Source: a virus | Lineage: Duplodnaviria; Caudoviricetes | IMG/VR virus record: IMGVR_UViG_3300005812_000001 | Span: 1-53,536 of that record | Direction: 5' to 3' (one strand) | DNA: 53,536 nucleotides | The notes under the pieces: generated by a model | Seen by the model: the letters and a program-made list of their open reading frames with translations, nothing else | Told to the model about the DNA's origin: nothing | The model's database searches: none | Position numbers and translations under genes: made by a program | Shown: one piece after another, positions 17,512-26,361 of the stretch | Layout: each line of letters begins with the position of its first letter | Position numbering within the stretch: position 1 is the first letter of the stretch

Positions 17512-17547
17512 ACACAAAAAAGCCCGCTGAAGCGGGCTTTTTTGTGT
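17512..17547. terminator. Bidirectional intrinsic terminator
   Basis: ACACAAAAAAGCCCGC-TGAA-GCGGGCTTTTTTGTGT. Confidence 0.9.
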
Positions 17548-17557
17548 GCGGCTGAGC

Positions 17558-17695
17558 TTAAGCTGCTTGCTTGGGCTCTTCTAGGTCTGCTACCGCGTGA
17601 AGATGTTTTTGGTAGGCAGATTCCAGAGTTGAATTAACTGACTCAATCAGAGACAGCGCTTCATTTAGCATCCCTTTTTTGTCGGTTTTTGTCAT
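17558..17695 (-). CDS. Small protein (45 aa), not in ORF track
   Basis: MTKTDKKGMLNEALSLIES..; AGGAGG RBS; ATGA overlap with the upstream gene. Confidence 0.65.
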   Translation of the reverse strand: MTKTDKKGMLNEALSLIESVNSTLESAYQKHLHAVADLEEPKQAA

Positions 17696-18015
17696 AGAAA
17701 CGACCTCCTAGTTAATTGATCCAATTGATCTTGTAGTTCGCTCTCGTCCCCTTTGACTATGGCTGCAGCGATCTGTTTCACATGCATTGCATAATCTCTG
17801 GCTTTTTGAGCGGTCATATCACCGTCTTCATCGGCCAGCACTTCTAGGACTTGGCAAATCTTTTCAAGGTGATTAGCCACTTCATCGTACGAAGGGTTTT
17901 CCTTCTGCAAAATCGTGATGTGGAAATTCGAGCAATTTCTAAGCACCAAGTTAGCGGTGTGAAGTATACCCGAGTAAAGTTTATCCACAAGATCCGCGAT
18001 TTCCTTATCTGTCAT
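17692..18015 (-). CDS. Hypothetical helical protein in the immunity (rex-like) slot
   Basis: 107 aa; AT-richer than flanks. Confidence 0.7.
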   Translation of the reverse strand: MTDKEIADLVDKLYSGILHTANLVLRNCSNFHITILQKENPSYDEVANHLEKICQVLEVLADEDGDMTAQKARDYAMHVKQIAAAIVKGDESELQDQLDQLTRRSFL

Positions 18016-18322
18016 CTATACCAACCCTTTTTTTATAGTAAGTCTACTGAACGAAAGTACAGCGGTTCCATTCTTTAGGAAAAACAATAGGTTATGCTTT
18101 TTATTGTTTGTAAAAAAAACACGCCATAGCCAGAAATGACGATGAAGATGGCCATTTTTTCGACAGACGGACAGCGTGCTGTCCTACAATCTCTGGCAGC
18201 GAATTCGCTTAGTGCGAGATTTCGCGGCGAAAAATACTAGCAGAGAGCCTCGTGCCTGCCAAAGATATTGAGCCAAAAATAAGAAATAATCATTAGCCGC
18301 CTTTGTGCTGCCAATCCTGTGG

Positions 18323-18601
18323 CTAGTATCTGGCACCCGTCATAGCACCAAACACCATAGCGACGGCAAAGCCGAATAGAGCCAAGATCATCAGTGCGGG
18401 GATAGAGGCAAGCGACCATTTGACCATAAAGGTCACCATGGAGCCGAAAGGCATATCTATATCCACCACCTTTACGCGCTGAGCCTGGACCTCCGGTAAG
18501 TCACTGGTTTCGCCGGAAGCCTTCTCGGTTTGCGCCTTTGTCACGCCCCAGGCGATCAGTGCAACAACAGCAATGACGATCAAAACGGTCATTAAGCTCA
18601 T
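18323..18601 (-). CDS. Small membrane protein downstream of cI
   Basis: N- and C-terminal TM segments; VKVVDIDMPFGSMVTFMVKW. Confidence 0.75.
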   Translation of the reverse strand: MSLMTVLIVIAVVALIAWGVTKAQTEKASGETSDLPEVQAQRVKVVDIDMPFGSMVTFMVKWSLASIPALMILALFGFAVAMVFGAMTGARY

Positions 18602-18644
18602 GGTATCCCTTCCTTTTGTTATTCAGTGCTGACCAACTATTGGC

Positions 18645-19325
18645 TCACATTGGATCGTACTTGCCGATTACCACGCCACAAATAGACCAATCCCCGTCCA
18701 CCTTGATGATGGGCTCTGGCCAGTCTCGATTGCCTGGTTTCAAGAAGTACTCACCTTCGGCCAGAGATAGCTGCTTGAGTGTGACTTTGCTGTCGCTATG
18801 GCGCTTGGCCACCACGTATTTACCCGGATCAGGTGCTTTATCCGGGTCCACGATCACCACCTCTCCGTTCCTTATGCGAGGATCATTGCTCTCACCCTCT
18901 ACCTTCAAGGCATAGGTTCGCGGCCCGGCGCCTGGCGGACGGAAGGGCAACCATTCATCTGCATCCCCCGGCTCGAATGGGTCTTCGGCCTCGCAGAAAT
19001 CACCCGCCCGCACGTAGCTGATAATGGGGATCTGGCCTTGGACGATGCCGGGGCCGGGGGATACGTCGTAGTCAGCTGAATTTTCCCGCACCGCTGTGGT
19101 GGGAACCATTTCGCCCTCCCCAAGCGTCAACCAGTCTGTCCTGACTCCGCAGGCTTTCGCTATATCGGGTAGACGTTTAGAGCTCGCAGCCTTGCCACGC
19201 TCAAGGTTCGAGATAACCGCCTGGTCCAACTTGCGGCCGGAAATCTGATACACCTTTTCGGCAAGCTCTTTCTGGGTCAGCCCTGCATGCTCGCGAGCGG
19301 CCACCATTCGCATCTGAATATTCAT
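18645..19325 (-). CDS. cI: CI-like repressor (XRE HTH + S24 peptidase)
   Basis: GLTQKELA..ISNLERG HTH; VRAG cleavage site; VEGES and TLKQL catalytic pair; start re-called at MNIQ. Confidence 0.93.
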   Translation of the reverse strand: MNIQMRMVAAREHAGLTQKELAEKVYQISGRKLDQAVISNLERGKAASSKRLPDIAKACGVRTDWLTLGEGEMVPTTAVRENSADYDVSPGPGIVQGQIPIISYVRAGDFCEAEDPFEPGDADEWLPFRPPGAGPRTYALKVEGESNDPRIRNGEVVIVDPDKAPDPGKYVVAKRHSDSKVTLKQLSLAEGEYFLKPGNRDWPEPIIKVDGDWSICGVVIGKYDPM

Positions 19326-19336
19326 ACCCGATCTTA

Positions 19337-19400
19337 TATGAGGTGGCTCATACTCTTGCAAATGAGAGTTCTCATGTAATATCCTATGAGAAATCTCATA
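19337..19400. promoter_or_regulatory. OR: three operators with PR/PRM
   Basis: ATGAG-N4-CTCAT at 19338, 19362 and 19386 (24-bp spacing); -35 TTGCAA at 19356. Confidence 0.9.
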
Positions 19401-19413
19401 TTCAGGACCGACT

Positions 19414-19632
19414 ATGGACGACAACATCTATAAGCGCCTCGTTAAGCATTTCGGCACCCAGGAGGCCACTGCGCAAGCCGTAAAGGTTGATCAGTCAACA
19501 GTATCTGGATGGTGTCGGGAATTGTTTAAGCCAAAGCCTTCGGCCGCTGTAAGAGCGGAAAAGGCTACTGGGGGAAAATTCACTCGACAGGATCTTTGCC
19601 CAGACTTTCCTTGGGATGAAACAGCCGCCTGA
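19414..19632 (+). CDS. cro: Cro-like repressor
   Basis: FGTQEATAQAVKVDQSTVSGW..DLCPD; divergent from cI. Confidence 0.9.
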   Translation: MDDNIYKRLVKHFGTQEATAQAVKVDQSTVSGWCRELFKPKPSAAVRAEKATGGKFTRQDLCPDFPWDETAA

Positions 19633-19752
19633 AGCCGGGCAGTGCCGTGTTGTAAACGCAGCAGGCACAACTCCCGGTTAAGGCGCCTCTGGGGCCAGCA
19701 CTCCACGATGGCCCGCATTTGAAGAATTGAAGTTTGTGCAATCAAGTTATCC

Positions 19753-20319
19753 ATGGGGACCAAGGTAATGGACGAACTGAACAAAATCTTGGGGCAGGTG
19801 CCCCAGCTGGTCCGAGACCAGGGCTCGCAGGAAGAAAAGCTGGAGGAAATCTGGCGCATGCTGGGCCGCCACCGTAATGGCATGCAAGCCCGGGTAGCCG
19901 GTGATCTGGCTGAGAAGCTTCAGGGTCACAGCAGGGCGCCACATCTGCCAATCGATGACCCCCGCAAAGCCGCCAAGCGCCTTGGCGCCATGCTGAGCGG
20001 CCATACCTCCCTGCCCATGTCTGTGGGCTTCACATTCATCGACTGCCTTCCTGAGCCGTTTCAGTCGGCTGCCAAGGTGATGATTTTCCCTCGCGGGAAG
20101 AGTGCGGCGGCAGAACTGGTGGATGTGCTCAGTCTGGATCAGCAGCACGACGAACAGACCGATCATCTGCGCTTCAGTTTGGCCACGGGCAAGCACCTGG
20201 GTATGACCGCCGAACAGCTTGAAGCTGCGGCCATGGCGTTCGATGACGACAGCTCCAGCAGCAAGCAGGTGGCTGCGGCTCTCAGGGCTATGGCAGAGGA
20301 CAAGCGGGGGGCTGCATGA
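19753..20319 (+). CDS. Regulatory protein in the CII position
   Basis: Lies between cro and the replication genes. Confidence 0.5.
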   Translation: MGTKVMDELNKILGQVPQLVRDQGSQEEKLEEIWRMLGRHRNGMQARVAGDLAEKLQGHSRAPHLPIDDPRKAAKRLGAMLSGHTSLPMSVGFTFIDCLPEPFQSAAKVMIFPRGKSAAAELVDVLSLDQQHDEQTDHLRFSLATGKHLGMTAEQLEAAAMAFDDDSSSSKQVAAALRAMAEDKRGAA

Positions 20320-20414
20320 GCTTCGATGCTGGCTTTCTCGTGGCCTGGCTCGTGCCTATTTTGGCCTGCGTGGTCTGTGAAGCCATTTGCGAACACCGGG
20401 AGCGGCATCACTGA
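20316..20414 (+). CDS. Small hydrophobic peptide (32 aa)
   Basis: MSFDAGFLVAWLVPILAC..; ATGA and TGATG overlaps with neighbours. Confidence 0.45.
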   Translation: MSFDAGFLVAWLVPILACVVCEAICEHRERHH

Positions 20415-21283
20415 TGGCTGGTGACTGGATCAAGATGCGGACGAACTTACGGCGTCACCCCCGGGTGATCGCTATGGCTCGTCAGCTTTCGTTTGACCGT
20501 GAATTCATGAACTGGTGGACCGATCCCCAGCAGATGACATGTCGTGACGCCGTCACGGAAGTCGTCACGTTTGAGAACGTAACTCGCGTGACGGTGTGCG
20601 GTTTGCTTGAAGTGTGGGGCGCGGTCAATGCCGTGATCAAGTCGAGTGAGGCGGTCGATTTCATGACCATCATGGACCTTGATGACATAGCGGGCATTCC
20701 TGGATTCGGTGTTGCAATGGAAGCGGTTGGCTGGGTCTCAGAAGATGATGAAAACGGCTTAACATTCAACAACTTCAGTGAATTCAATACGCCAGATTCA
20801 GAACGCAAAAAGCCCAAGACAGACGCACAGAGAGCCCGTGAATATCGGGAGAGAAAGAAGCGTAATGGCGCCGATAAAGAACAGGATTCCGCTGCGTCAC
20901 GAACGTCACAAAACGTCACGGGGAGAAGAGAAGAGAAGAGTAGAAGTAAAACATCTTCTACACCGGACGGGCGTGAAAAAATTTCCATGGCCCCCGATTG
21001 GACCCCCTCGGACGGTATCGCTGCCCGAATGACCATGGCCGGCATCCCTGCCGGTGACCTGACTCAGGAATCCCTGGGCGAATTCAAATCCTACTGGCTA
21101 ACCCGATCCGATCAGCTCACCCAGTCGCAGTGGGAACACAAGCTGATTCAGGCCCTTCAGTCGCGACGGAGGAATACCCATGCAGCAGGCTCACGATCTA
21201 GCAAAAACGGCCATGACCGGGACTCGGTCGAATCCGCAATCGAAGACACCGACGACAGAAGCTGGGCAGAGGGCGTCAACTGA
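20414..21283 (+). CDS. Replication initiator (O-like) with DnaT-like C-terminal domain
   Basis: MAGDWIKMR N-terminus; DWTPS..EFKSYW..QWEHKL; internal CGTCAC repeats. Confidence 0.8.
   Translation: MAGDWIKMRTNLRRHPRVIAMARQLSFDREFMNWWTDPQQMTCRDAVTEVVTFENVTRVTVCGLLEVWGAVNAVIKSSEAVDFMTIMDLDDIAGIPGFGVAMEAVGWVSEDDENGLTFNNFSEFNTPDSERKKPKTDAQRAREYRERKKRNGADKEQDSAASRTSQNVTGRREEKSRSKTSSTPDGREKISMAPDWTPSDGIAARMTMAGIPAGDLTQESLGEFKSYWLTRSDQLTQSQWEHKLIQALQSRRRNTHAAGSRSSKNGHDRDSVESAIEDTDDRSWAEGVN
20543..20945. promoter_or_regulatory. Putative origin iterons
   Basis: CGTCAC/GTGACG clusters at 20543..20593 and 20895..20919, then a GAGAA purine tract. Confidence 0.5.
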
Positions 21284-21848
21284 TGAGCTCACCACGGTTG
21301 TCGATGAAATCTTTCGGGTGTTCCGCAGAACCTGGCCACGGCGGTTTCCAACGATCTGGAAAACGGGTGACGACCTGCGTGAGAGCAAACGGCAGTGGTT
21401 GCTCGCATTTCGTGACGCGAGCGTGACGCCCGTGATGCTGCGTATCGGTTTGGAGGCAGTGAGGAAGGAATCCTGGCCACCGGATAACCCCGGTGCGTTT
21501 CTGGCCCTTTGCAGGATGGACCCGGCGACGGTGGGTGCACCAGATCTGGAGTCGGCCTGGAAAGAGGCCAGCAACCGATCCCCGCACAGTGAGTGGCTTC
21601 CTTGGAGTCATCGCTGTGTGTACTGGGCTGCCGTTTGGACCGGGCAGACGGACCTGGCAGAGCGGGGCCAGTACATGCGCAAGATCTTTGAGCGTGAATA
21701 CGATCGCGCTCTGCAGCAGGCCAGCAATTTGAGCGAGCCCCCACTGGGGCGCCTTCCAAGCAAGACATCGAAGCAGGTGCAGGCTGAGCGAGAACAGGCC
21801 GCCAGCGAGCACCTGCCGGACATCAAAGCAATGGTCAGGGGGTGGTGA
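21180..21848 (+). CDS. Replication protein P-like helicase loader
   Basis: KRQWLLAF..GLEAVR..WPPDNPGAFLALC..WSHRCVYWAA; follows the O-like gene. Confidence 0.7.
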   Translation: MQQAHDLAKTAMTGTRSNPQSKTPTTEAGQRASTDELTTVVDEIFRVFRRTWPRRFPTIWKTGDDLRESKRQWLLAFRDASVTPVMLRIGLEAVRKESWPPDNPGAFLALCRMDPATVGAPDLESAWKEASNRSPHSEWLPWSHRCVYWAAVWTGQTDLAERGQYMRKIFEREYDRALQQASNLSEPPLGRLPSKTSKQVQAEREQAASEHLPDIKAMVRGW

Positions 21849-22147
21849 TGTCAGTCGCACAAACGAGCGTTAGCACATATCACGATCACGTCCAGGGCGG
21901 GAAAGAGCTGACCCAGTGTGACCAGATCGTTCAGTGGTTATCCACCCAGAACAAGGCCTGTACGCGCCGTGAAATACACGAGGGTACCGGTCTTGAGTAC
22001 GGCGCTGTCTGCGGCCGGGTGAACAAGCTGGTGAAAGACGGCCTGCTAACTGAGCTGCAGCGGAAGATCGAAAACAACGGTTCGGGTAAGAAAGCAAAGC
22101 TGGTCCGGATCCCGATCAAAGAGCAGCAGCTGGGGCTTTTTCAGTGA
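21848..22147 (+). CDS. Winged-helix DNA-binding protein
   Basis: TRREIHEGTGLEYGAVCGRVNKL. Confidence 0.7.
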   Translation: MSVAQTSVSTYHDHVQGGKELTQCDQIVQWLSTQNKACTRREIHEGTGLEYGAVCGRVNKLVKDGLLTELQRKIENNGSGKKAKLVRIPIKEQQLGLFQ

Positions 22148-22647
22148 CGGTGGCTGTTCGTAAGTCGCGCATGAAAGAAACCCTGCCCATGAGGGTGGGG
22201 GTGCTGGATAGAACCGGTGTGCTTTTGCCGGCGGACGGATTTTGCCAGAAACGGCTGCGGGAAAAGGGCCTGAAGGTCGGGGACATGGTAACCGTGCAGG
22301 TCCGCCGAATGCGCGAGTACTGGTACCACAAGATGGTCCACCTCTTCGGGGAGCTGGTGGCGCAGAACATCGATGACTTCCGCGGCATGACTGCCCATGA
22401 CGTGCTGAAGCGATTGCAGGCAGAAGCCCAAATTGGGTGTGAGGCGGTATCAATCCGGGTGATGTCTACCGGCGATATGGCGGTGATGTATTACCCGCGC
22501 AGCCTGGCCTACGACGAAATGGACCAGGACGAATTTGAAAATGTGTTTACGGGGTTCTGCCAGCACGTGGTGGAGCACTACTGGCCGACGCTGGATCTGG
22601 AGAACATCCAGGCGTTGGTGGAAATCATGGGAGAGCAGGTGTCATGA
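22144..22647 (+). CDS. Nin-region protein (DUF1367-like)
   Basis: PRSLAYDEMDQDEFE motif. Confidence 0.55.
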   Translation: MTVAVRKSRMKETLPMRVGVLDRTGVLLPADGFCQKRLREKGLKVGDMVTVQVRRMREYWYHKMVHLFGELVAQNIDDFRGMTAHDVLKRLQAEAQIGCEAVSIRVMSTGDMAVMYYPRSLAYDEMDQDEFENVFTGFCQHVVEHYWPTLDLENIQALVEIMGEQVS

Positions 22648-22940
22648 GTCGTCCATCAGTTGATTTTGATTTATTCCGATTCGCCCGGGTGGGGACCCTG
22701 GCGCTGAAGGCCCGCGGCAATGTGCTTTCAGTGGCCCAGCATCCCCGTAAATGGTCCATGACGGTGACCGTGGAAGGTGAGCCCAATGAGCAGGGCGAAG
22801 CGATCCGGGATGAGTACACGTTCCGCAACAAGCGCCCCTTCATGCTGAACAAGATGCCCGAATACATCTGGGATCGGGTCGGCATCGACTGGGAGGGGCG
22901 GAAGGCCTCTGTGCAGGTGCATGCGGAGGTGGTGCGGTGA
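22644..22940 (+). CDS. Hypothetical protein
   Basis: 4-nt overlaps with both neighbours. Confidence 0.55.
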   Translation: MSRPSVDFDLFRFARVGTLALKARGNVLSVAQHPRKWSMTVTVEGEPNEQGEAIRDEYTFRNKRPFMLNKMPEYIWDRVGIDWEGRKASVQVHAEVVR

Positions 22941-23206
22941 GAGACGCCTCCAGCCACTACGGGCCAGAGGACGCCGGCAGCGGGCAGCGCGGCATATGTG
23001 TCCACTGCCTCAAGGGGCCCACCCAGGAAGGCCATGACGGCTGTCTCGGAACTCTTCCTGCACCGGTTATGAATGCTTGTTGTGGGCACGGCAAAGCGCG
23101 CTTGGCTTATATCCAGTACTGGGCTGAAGACGGCACAGGGGGAAAAAGAATTTCCGGTGATGAAGCCATTCGCGAACAAGCCAGACTCAAGAAGGGCAGC
23201 CAATGA
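22937..23206 (+). CDS. Hypothetical Cys-rich protein
   Basis: CVHC..GHDGCLG..NACCGHG. Confidence 0.55.
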   Translation: MRDASSHYGPEDAGSGQRGICVHCLKGPTQEGHDGCLGTLPAPVMNACCGHGKARLAYIQYWAEDGTGGKRISGDEAIREQARLKKGSQ

Positions 23207-23562
23207 ACAGCAGCAAAGCGCCAACCGCAGCCCAAAAACGCTGGCATGCCTGGCTGGCAAGCCAAGGCTGCTATATCGGCCTCGGACCGGCCTGCATCCA
23301 TCACTGCGCCGGAAGTACCGCCAAGCACAACAAGGTGGAAATAGGCCAGTGGTGGGTCGTGCCTTTGAGCTATGAGGCTCACCAAGGCACACAAGGAATC
23401 CACGGAGACCTGTCGGTATTCGCAGGCCAAGGCCTGGGGAAAACCCGTAAAGAGATCGAGAAAGCCATCTTCGGACGCTTGGTGGCGCATTACCGGCGCC
23501 AGCATGGGGAATATCCGTGCCCGCCTGAGGTTGTCGCAGCTATCGAGGGCTACAGACGATGA
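23203..23562 (+). CDS. Ref/DUF968-like HNH-type protein
   Basis: GC..PACIHH..VVPL..HQG..GIH. Confidence 0.6.
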   Translation: MNSSKAPTAAQKRWHAWLASQGCYIGLGPACIHHCAGSTAKHNKVEIGQWWVVPLSYEAHQGTQGIHGDLSVFAGQGLGKTRKEIEKAIFGRLVAHYRRQHGEYPCPPEVVAAIEGYRR

Positions 23563-23598
23563 TAGCGCAGGGAAGGGAAAAGCAAAGGAGGATGGAGC

Positions 23599-23805
23599 AT
23601 GAGCTATAGGCCGCTGATTACGCTAATGGAGGCTCGGTGTGCTCGCTGTGGCGCCCGCCCGGACACAGTAGATCCGCTTCCGCCAGGCTGGGGCTGGGAT
23701 ACGGTAGAGCCAAGCAATATTTGGCTGATATGCCCGGACATGTTGTCCGATGAGGGGTGCCCAAAGATGAGGGGTCATAAGAAATCCGGGGGTGCTTACC
23801 GTTGA
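23599..23805 (+). CDS. Small Zn-finger protein
   Basis: CARC..ICP; GGAGG RBS. Confidence 0.5.
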   Translation: MSYRPLITLMEARCARCGARPDTVDPLPPGWGWDTVEPSNIWLICPDMLSDEGCPKMRGHKKSGGAYR

Positions 23806-24209
23806 GTGCAGCAGAGGAAACGCTGGCCCTGCACCTTATGGCCGAGAAGCTGAGCGGCTGGGATCGTGAATACCGCTTTGGCGCTATGGCTGTAGGAGGG
23901 CCAGGCAAGGGCCTTCGTAAGCGTCTGGCTGATGCAGGTTTGAGGGATTGGCGGTTTGACTTCGCTCACCCTGGGCTTGGCCTAGCCGTGGAAGTAGAGG
24001 GTATTACTCGATACGGGAAAACCAGCAACGGGAAAATGGCTTTAGGGCGCCACCAAACATCCAAAGGCATGGAAGAAGACCTGCGCAAGTATGACGCAGC
24101 CATGCGTATGGGCTGGAACATCTACCGGTGCTCCCCGGCAATGGTTCGTCAGGGGCATGCCATCGAGACCATAAAGCGCCTGGTGCAGGCGGCAGAGGAG
24201 TGTTCGTGA
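23802..24209 (+). CDS. PD-(D/E)xK endonuclease (DUF559-like)
   Basis: REYRF..WRFDFA..LAVEVEG..RH..D..KYDAAMRMGW. Confidence 0.8.
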   Translation: MSAAEETLALHLMAEKLSGWDREYRFGAMAVGGPGKGLRKRLADAGLRDWRFDFAHPGLGLAVEVEGITRYGKTSNGKMALGRHQTSKGMEEDLRKYDAAMRMGWNIYRCSPAMVRQGHAIETIKRLVQAAEECS

Positions 24210-24406
24210 TGCTGGGATTAACGGCCTTGTGCGTGATCTTGTGGCTGATGCTGGGTGAGTCGGTGCGTATGTCGTTGGTATTGGCGGCCCAAGTTATCGA
24301 TGCCAAAAAAGGTGACTTTGTGAAGGATATTCCCAAGTCAATTTTCTGGCTGATTGGCCCCTTGCTTTTCGTTTACGTGATTCTGGTTCGGAAGGGAGAG
24401 GATTGA
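24206..24406 (+). CDS. Small membrane protein
   Basis: Two hydrophobic segments; coupled to neighbours. Confidence 0.55.
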   Translation: MMLGLTALCVILWLMLGESVRMSLVLAAQVIDAKKGDFVKDIPKSIFWLIGPLLFVYVILVRKGED

Positions 24407-24942
24407 TGGCTGATACGAAGAAGATGATCCATGAGGCCTACGGTATCCACAAGATGCAGCCAAATGGCTCTGGTGGTGATCCACAGTCGGCGCATAACTA
24501 CGCCATAGGTAGAGGCGTATGGTCGGGTAAGATCATGGCGGCCGTAGAGAAGCAAGAGCGTCCCCTGGGTGACATTCTGATCATGTGCTACGCGCCGGAA
24601 TGGGATGATGTGAACCTGAAGACGCTGCACCGGCATTTGCTGGCCGCCTTCATCAAGCGCCATGGTGACGACATCAAGCAAGATCGGACTTTCTTGAAGG
24701 TTAAGCGCCTGGCAGAGGTGGCAATTTTCAACTTTCAGCATGAATGCCGCGGCGGCCCGATGTCCGTGGAGCTTGTGTGCCAGATGATTGGTATCGATCA
24801 GAGCAACTGGTACAAGCGGCAATGGAAGTCATGGTGGAAATCCCTCGGGGACCAGCTGCATCGCTGGGAGCGCGAGGCCATCAGAAAGCCAGCGGAAGTA
24901 TGCAAAGAAATCGTGGCGCTACGGCAAAGAGAAAGTGCGTAA
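24406..24942 (+). CDS. Putative antitermination protein Q
   Basis: Last delayed-early gene; C-terminal HTH-like GIDQSNWYKRQW; followed by a pR'-like region and terminator. Confidence 0.7.
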   Translation: MADTKKMIHEAYGIHKMQPNGSGGDPQSAHNYAIGRGVWSGKIMAAVEKQERPLGDILIMCYAPEWDDVNLKTLHRHLLAAFIKRHGDDIKQDRTFLKVKRLAEVAIFNFQHECRGGPMSVELVCQMIGIDQSNWYKRQWKSWWKSLGDQLHRWEREAIRKPAEVCKEIVALRQRESA

Positions 24943-24992
24943 ATGACCGTAGTGCAAATGACCGTAGCTAATGTACAGTTTTAACCACAATA
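24941..24992 (+). promoter_or_regulatory. Late promoter pR'-like region with candidate Q-binding direct repeat
   Basis: AAATGACCGTAG x2 (24941, 24956); -10 TACAGT at 24974. Confidence 0.55.
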
Positions 24993-25063
24993 CGAAACTG
25001 CCTCTGAAATAAGGCAGACACCTGTTCTCCTAAGGCAAACAGCAAAACCTTCCCCCAAATCCG

Positions 25064-25085
25064 ACCCGCGAAAGCGGGTTTTTTT
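25064..25085 (+). terminator. tR'-like terminator
   Basis: ACCCGC-GAAA-GCGGGT followed by a T tract. Confidence 0.85.
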
Positions 25086-25090
25086 ATGCT

Positions 25091-25207
25091 CATAGGGGCG
25101 CGGCCTGGAATCAGAACTGACACCGGCAATATCGGTGCTAGGTTTCTAGCCGGGGCCACCAGGAGCCGCATCTGACCAATAGCATCGTGTCAGGCCGCAC
25201 CCCTATG
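25091..25207 (+). ncRNA. Candidate structured RNA
   Basis: 17-bp inverted repeat (16/17) enclosing internal hairpins. Confidence 0.4.
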
Positions 25208-25219
25208 GGATTAACCGAT

Positions 25220-25294
25220 TGGCATGTAGCACAGCGGTAGTGCAGCGGACTGTTAATCCGTCGGTCGCTGGTTCGATCCCAGCCTTGCCAGCCA
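25220..25294 (+). tRNA. Phage tRNA-Asn(GTT)
   Basis: Cloverleaf: GCAC/GTGC D stem, GCGGA-CTGTTAA-TCCGT anticodon arm, GCTGG-TTCGATC-CCAGC T arm, G73, encoded CCA; one acceptor-stem mismatch. Confidence 0.9.
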
Positions 25295-25310
25295 AACTCA
25301 GGAGGCCATC

Positions 25311-25715
25311 ATGAAACTGTCCGAACTGAAGCGGCGCGGTAGTGATGGTTTTGGATCCGGTCACTTCGGCGCATCGCGTGGACCTCGCACACATAACGGC
25401 GTGGATCTGCTTGCCGGCACAGGTGAGGATATTGATTCACCAGTGGTGGGCACTGTTACGAAGCTGGGCTACCCGTACGGGGACGACCTCAGCTATCAAT
25501 ACGTGCAGATTAGCGTCGAGGATTATGATTTTCGCGTCTTCTATGTGGAGCCCAGCGTAAAGGTGGGCGATGAAGTCACCGCCGATACTGTAATTGGCTT
25601 TGTTCAGCACCTTGGAAGCCGTTACCACGGCATCCCGAATCACGTCCATTTCGAGATAAAAAAGGACGGGGATTATCTGGACCCGACGCCGACACTGATT
25701 GCGATGGGTGGGTGA
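25311..25715 (+). CDS. M23 peptidase endolysin
   Basis: HNGVD and HVHFEI zinc motifs; first gene of the lysis cassette. Confidence 0.85.
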   Translation: MKLSELKRRGSDGFGSGHFGASRGPRTHNGVDLLAGTGEDIDSPVVGTVTKLGYPYGDDLSYQYVQISVEDYDFRVFYVEPSVKVGDEVTADTVIGFVQHLGSRYHGIPNHVHFEIKKDGDYLDPTPTLIAMGG

Positions 25716-25915
25716 TGAACCCCGAAACGCTGGACAAGTGGCGCGTTGTGCCCCGCTTGCTGGTGCTGCTGTACGGCGTCGTGTGCTGGCAGACCTTCGA
25801 CTGGTTCACGGCCTTAGCTGATCCGTCCGGGCCGCAAACGACATTTGCCACGGGCATCTGGGGTGCTGCTGCCGCCTGGTTCGGCTTCTACGTGAATAGC
25901 GGGAAGAGCCAATGA
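25712..25915 (+). CDS. Holin
   Basis: 67 aa, two TM segments; DKWRVVPRLL. Confidence 0.75.
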   Translation: MMNPETLDKWRVVPRLLVLLYGVVCWQTFDWFTALADPSGPQTTFATGIWGAAAAWFGFYVNSGKSQ

Positions 25916-26361
25916 TCGCCATCCCTCCGCAAGCCCAAGTTATTGGTGCCCTGGCGCTTGCAGCAGGGCTGGTGCTTGTCGGCTGGACGGCGAAGGGCTG
26001 GTACGAAGGTGATAGAGAGTTGGGCGCCCTGAAGGGTGAGATAAAGACCGCTTTGGCAGATGACAAGGCCCATAAGGATGCCATTGCCGAGCTGGACGCC
26101 AAATACACCCAGGAGCTGAACGATGCACAGGCTGAAATTGATCGGCTTACTGATGATCTCGCTGCTGGCCGTAAGCGGCTGCGCCTCAACGCAGTGTGTG
26201 AAGACAGCGCAACAGCCGCCGCCGGCGAACCTGATGCAGCCGCCCCCCGACTTAATGACTCCGCTGAACGGGATTATCTCCGTCTCAGGGAGCGAATCAG
26301 CACAGCCACAACGCAAATCCTCGGGCTCCAAGAGTACATTCGGACCCAATGCGCCGGCTGA
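25912..26361 (+). CDS. Rz-like i-spanin
   Basis: N-terminal TM, coiled coil, ends LQEYIRTQC. Confidence 0.9.
   Translation: MIAIPPQAQVIGALALAAGLVLVGWTAKGWYEGDRELGALKGEIKTALADDKAHKDAIAELDAKYTQELNDAQAEIDRLTDDLAAGRKRLRLNAVCEDSATAAAGEPDAAAPRLNDSAERDYLRLRERISTATTQILGLQEYIRTQCAG

Noticed and set aside
19326-19427. 34-aa N-terminal extension of CI
   Set aside because: It runs through the OR operators and the cro start; the HTH domain begins after ATG 19325.
25095-25203. Second tRNA or tmRNA fragment starting GGGGCG
   Set aside because: There is no T-loop or cloverleaf; it is kept only as a candidate structured RNA.
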